A stretch of 63,341 nucleotides of DNA, filler included, from Octopus bimaculoides (lineage: Eukaryota), in NCBI RefSeq assembly GCF_001194135.2. It is 4 parts of 4 records of this genome, joined end to end, with 100 filler letters (N's around TTAATTAATTAA, not from the genome) between each part and the next. Parts side by side here need not be neighbours in the genome. Positions count along the whole stretch, not along the records: positions 52,374 to 63,341 come from NC_069007.1; 3 more parts are not named here. The stretch is one strand, 5' to 3'. The position numbers were made by a program, and so were the translations under genes. Below are positions 61,465 to 63,341 of the stretch, piece by piece. The notes under the pieces are model-generated. The model worked only from the letters and a program-made list of their open reading frames with translations. It was not told the origin of the DNA and ran no database searches. Positions within the stretch are counted from its first letter, which is position 1. Every line of letters starts with the position of its first letter.

Positions 61465-62345
61465 AGAAGAGCAATGGCTCATACGGTTGTAACGATCAGC
61501 TATTAATCAATAAGGCCATACCCGAAGACAGCCCCCCCCCCCAAATGAAAGGTACGAACATGACTTAGATCGATTATCGAAAGGCTTTTGATAGTATTCC
61601 CCACCCGTGGATCTTAGAAATTCTAGTCACGAAGACGGTAACGCCCATAATCATAAAATATATTCCATGAATAGATGGCAAACAGATCTACAGATCCAAA
61701 CAAAAGAGGGACTAATAAAAACTAAAGACATCCCCATTAGAAGAATAATCCACTCCTTTTTTTTTCTTGGTACTGTCACCTTTATCTGACATGCTTAATA
61801 GAACTGCATGTGGATACAATTGTTACGGCAAAACAATCAGCCATCTCTTGTATATGGATGATCTTAAACTGCATGATAAGAAAAGAATACTATAAGAAGA
61901 GTCAGATTAATACTGAAAACAAAGGTTAATGCGAAAAACAAGATAATAGGTATCAACAATCTAACCATCTCAGTCATAAATTAGAGTTACAATATTCTTA
62001 ACTGGTCTCTAAATGAACCAATCAAAATAGACAGGAAAAACAAGAAAAATAATGACAGGATTTAGGATGCACCACCGCAAATCAGACATATAAAGGGTAT
62101 ATATACAACATATTGAAGGTGGTAGAGGTTTTATATACAGCCAGAAGAATATTATAAAATAACCACCGTAAGATTACAGAAATACCTAATTCGAAACTAA
62201 TGCAAATAGTCACAAAACACCAGGAAAACAACAAAAAATAATTACAGTTTCTTTAAAGTAGTAGAAGAATTGAAGAAAGTAGGCATAATAACTGACAACT
62301 AAGAAGAAAAAGAATAAACAACCGTAAGAGAAGAAAAACTGTGAA
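61465..62345 (+). mobile_element. R4/Dong-clade RT fragment, copy D, decayed
   Basis: GSYGCNDQLLINKAI, IDYRKAFDSIPHPWILEIL, KTISHLLYMDDLKL (catalytic YMDD), LNAKNKIIGINNL and RKTRKIMTGFRMHHRKSDI..YIQHIEGGRG. Confidence 0.88.
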
Positions 62346-62671
62346 ACAACCAAAATGCAAAATAAAACTGGGAGAACGTTCTCCCAACCACGTGGATCCG
62401 GGTACATTCGATTAAAAATTTAAGGCGGTGTCTCAGTATGGACGCAGTCTAATGACTCAAAGTGAAAGATAAAAGATATATATGCATGCATCTAATGNNN
62501 NNNNNNNNNNNNNNNNNNNNNNNNNNNNNNNNNNNNNNNNNNNNNNNNNNNNNNNNNNNNNNNNNNNNNNNNNNNNNNNNNNNNNNNNNNNNNNCTCTAT
62601 ATACATGTACACAAGATAGAATGTCTGTATATTACTGTGCACGCGCGCCTGTATATATATGTATATATATG

Positions 62672-62713
<42 letters not shown>

Positions 62714-63215
62714 ATACTAACATACTTCGCATCACCTCTTTTGATCTGGGCTATTATATATCGACCAACATATCTACCGATGTATCGTGCGCTCTCTGTT
62801 ATTAACTTTCTCTATGTAACTCCCATATTGTCTATTAGGCTTGGCGTGACTTGTAATCCACACACTGTATTCTATAGGTCATGGGGTCAAATCCGGTCTC
62901 AATGTAGGTGACGCGATGTGAACAAAGTTTTTATTACTTGGCCGACATTCATGGTCACAGAAATTTATTGATGTATGCAATGCTGTACGTGTATATGGGT
63001 GGCTACCTACACTTTCACCGTTTCAGTGCGTATGTGTGCGTGTGTGCGTATGTGTGTGCATGTGTGTCTCTGTGTTTATACATGTTTATATATGCATAAT
63101 ATATATACACACATAAATGTGTTTATATATATATATGTAAATATATATGTTTGTGAATATATATATATTGTATATATAAATGCATATCATTGTAGTTGAT
63201 ATACTATAAAGTTTA

Positions 63216-63278
<63 letters not shown>

Positions 63279-63341
63279 GTCCATATTATGCTGAAAATGA
63301 AACTTGAGCAAATATATTTGTTTTTCGGGTAGATGTATATG

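Overview
Repeat-dense, AT-rich eukaryotic DNA with many N gaps. The SINE families, RTE 3' tails and microsatellite load look like a cephalopod (Octopus-like) genome; this is inferred from repeat style, not from a database search. I found no intact host protein-coding gene, tRNA or rRNA gene, or CRISPR array. The window holds a degenerate (TTAGGG)n array at its start, many tRNA-derived SINEs, and decayed retroelements: four R4/Dong pieces, one CRE piece, RTE tails, a Penelope-like GIY-YIG piece and an internally inverted Ty3/Gypsy. It also holds DNA transposon relics (hAT, mariner, Tc1, maT DD37D, a Helitron with a Pif1 helicase C-terminus) and several foldback MITEs. The most notable items are: (1) a minimal type I hammerhead ribozyme fold at 58037-58110; (2) a CpG-depleted 11 kb block bounded by two artificial scaffold joins; (3) an inverted Gypsy RT/integrase junction; (4) adjacent R4/Dong families ending in different trinucleotide repeats; (5) a composite Helitron; (6) a telomeric array facing the wrong way for a left chromosome end. 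All alignments and translations were done by eye.
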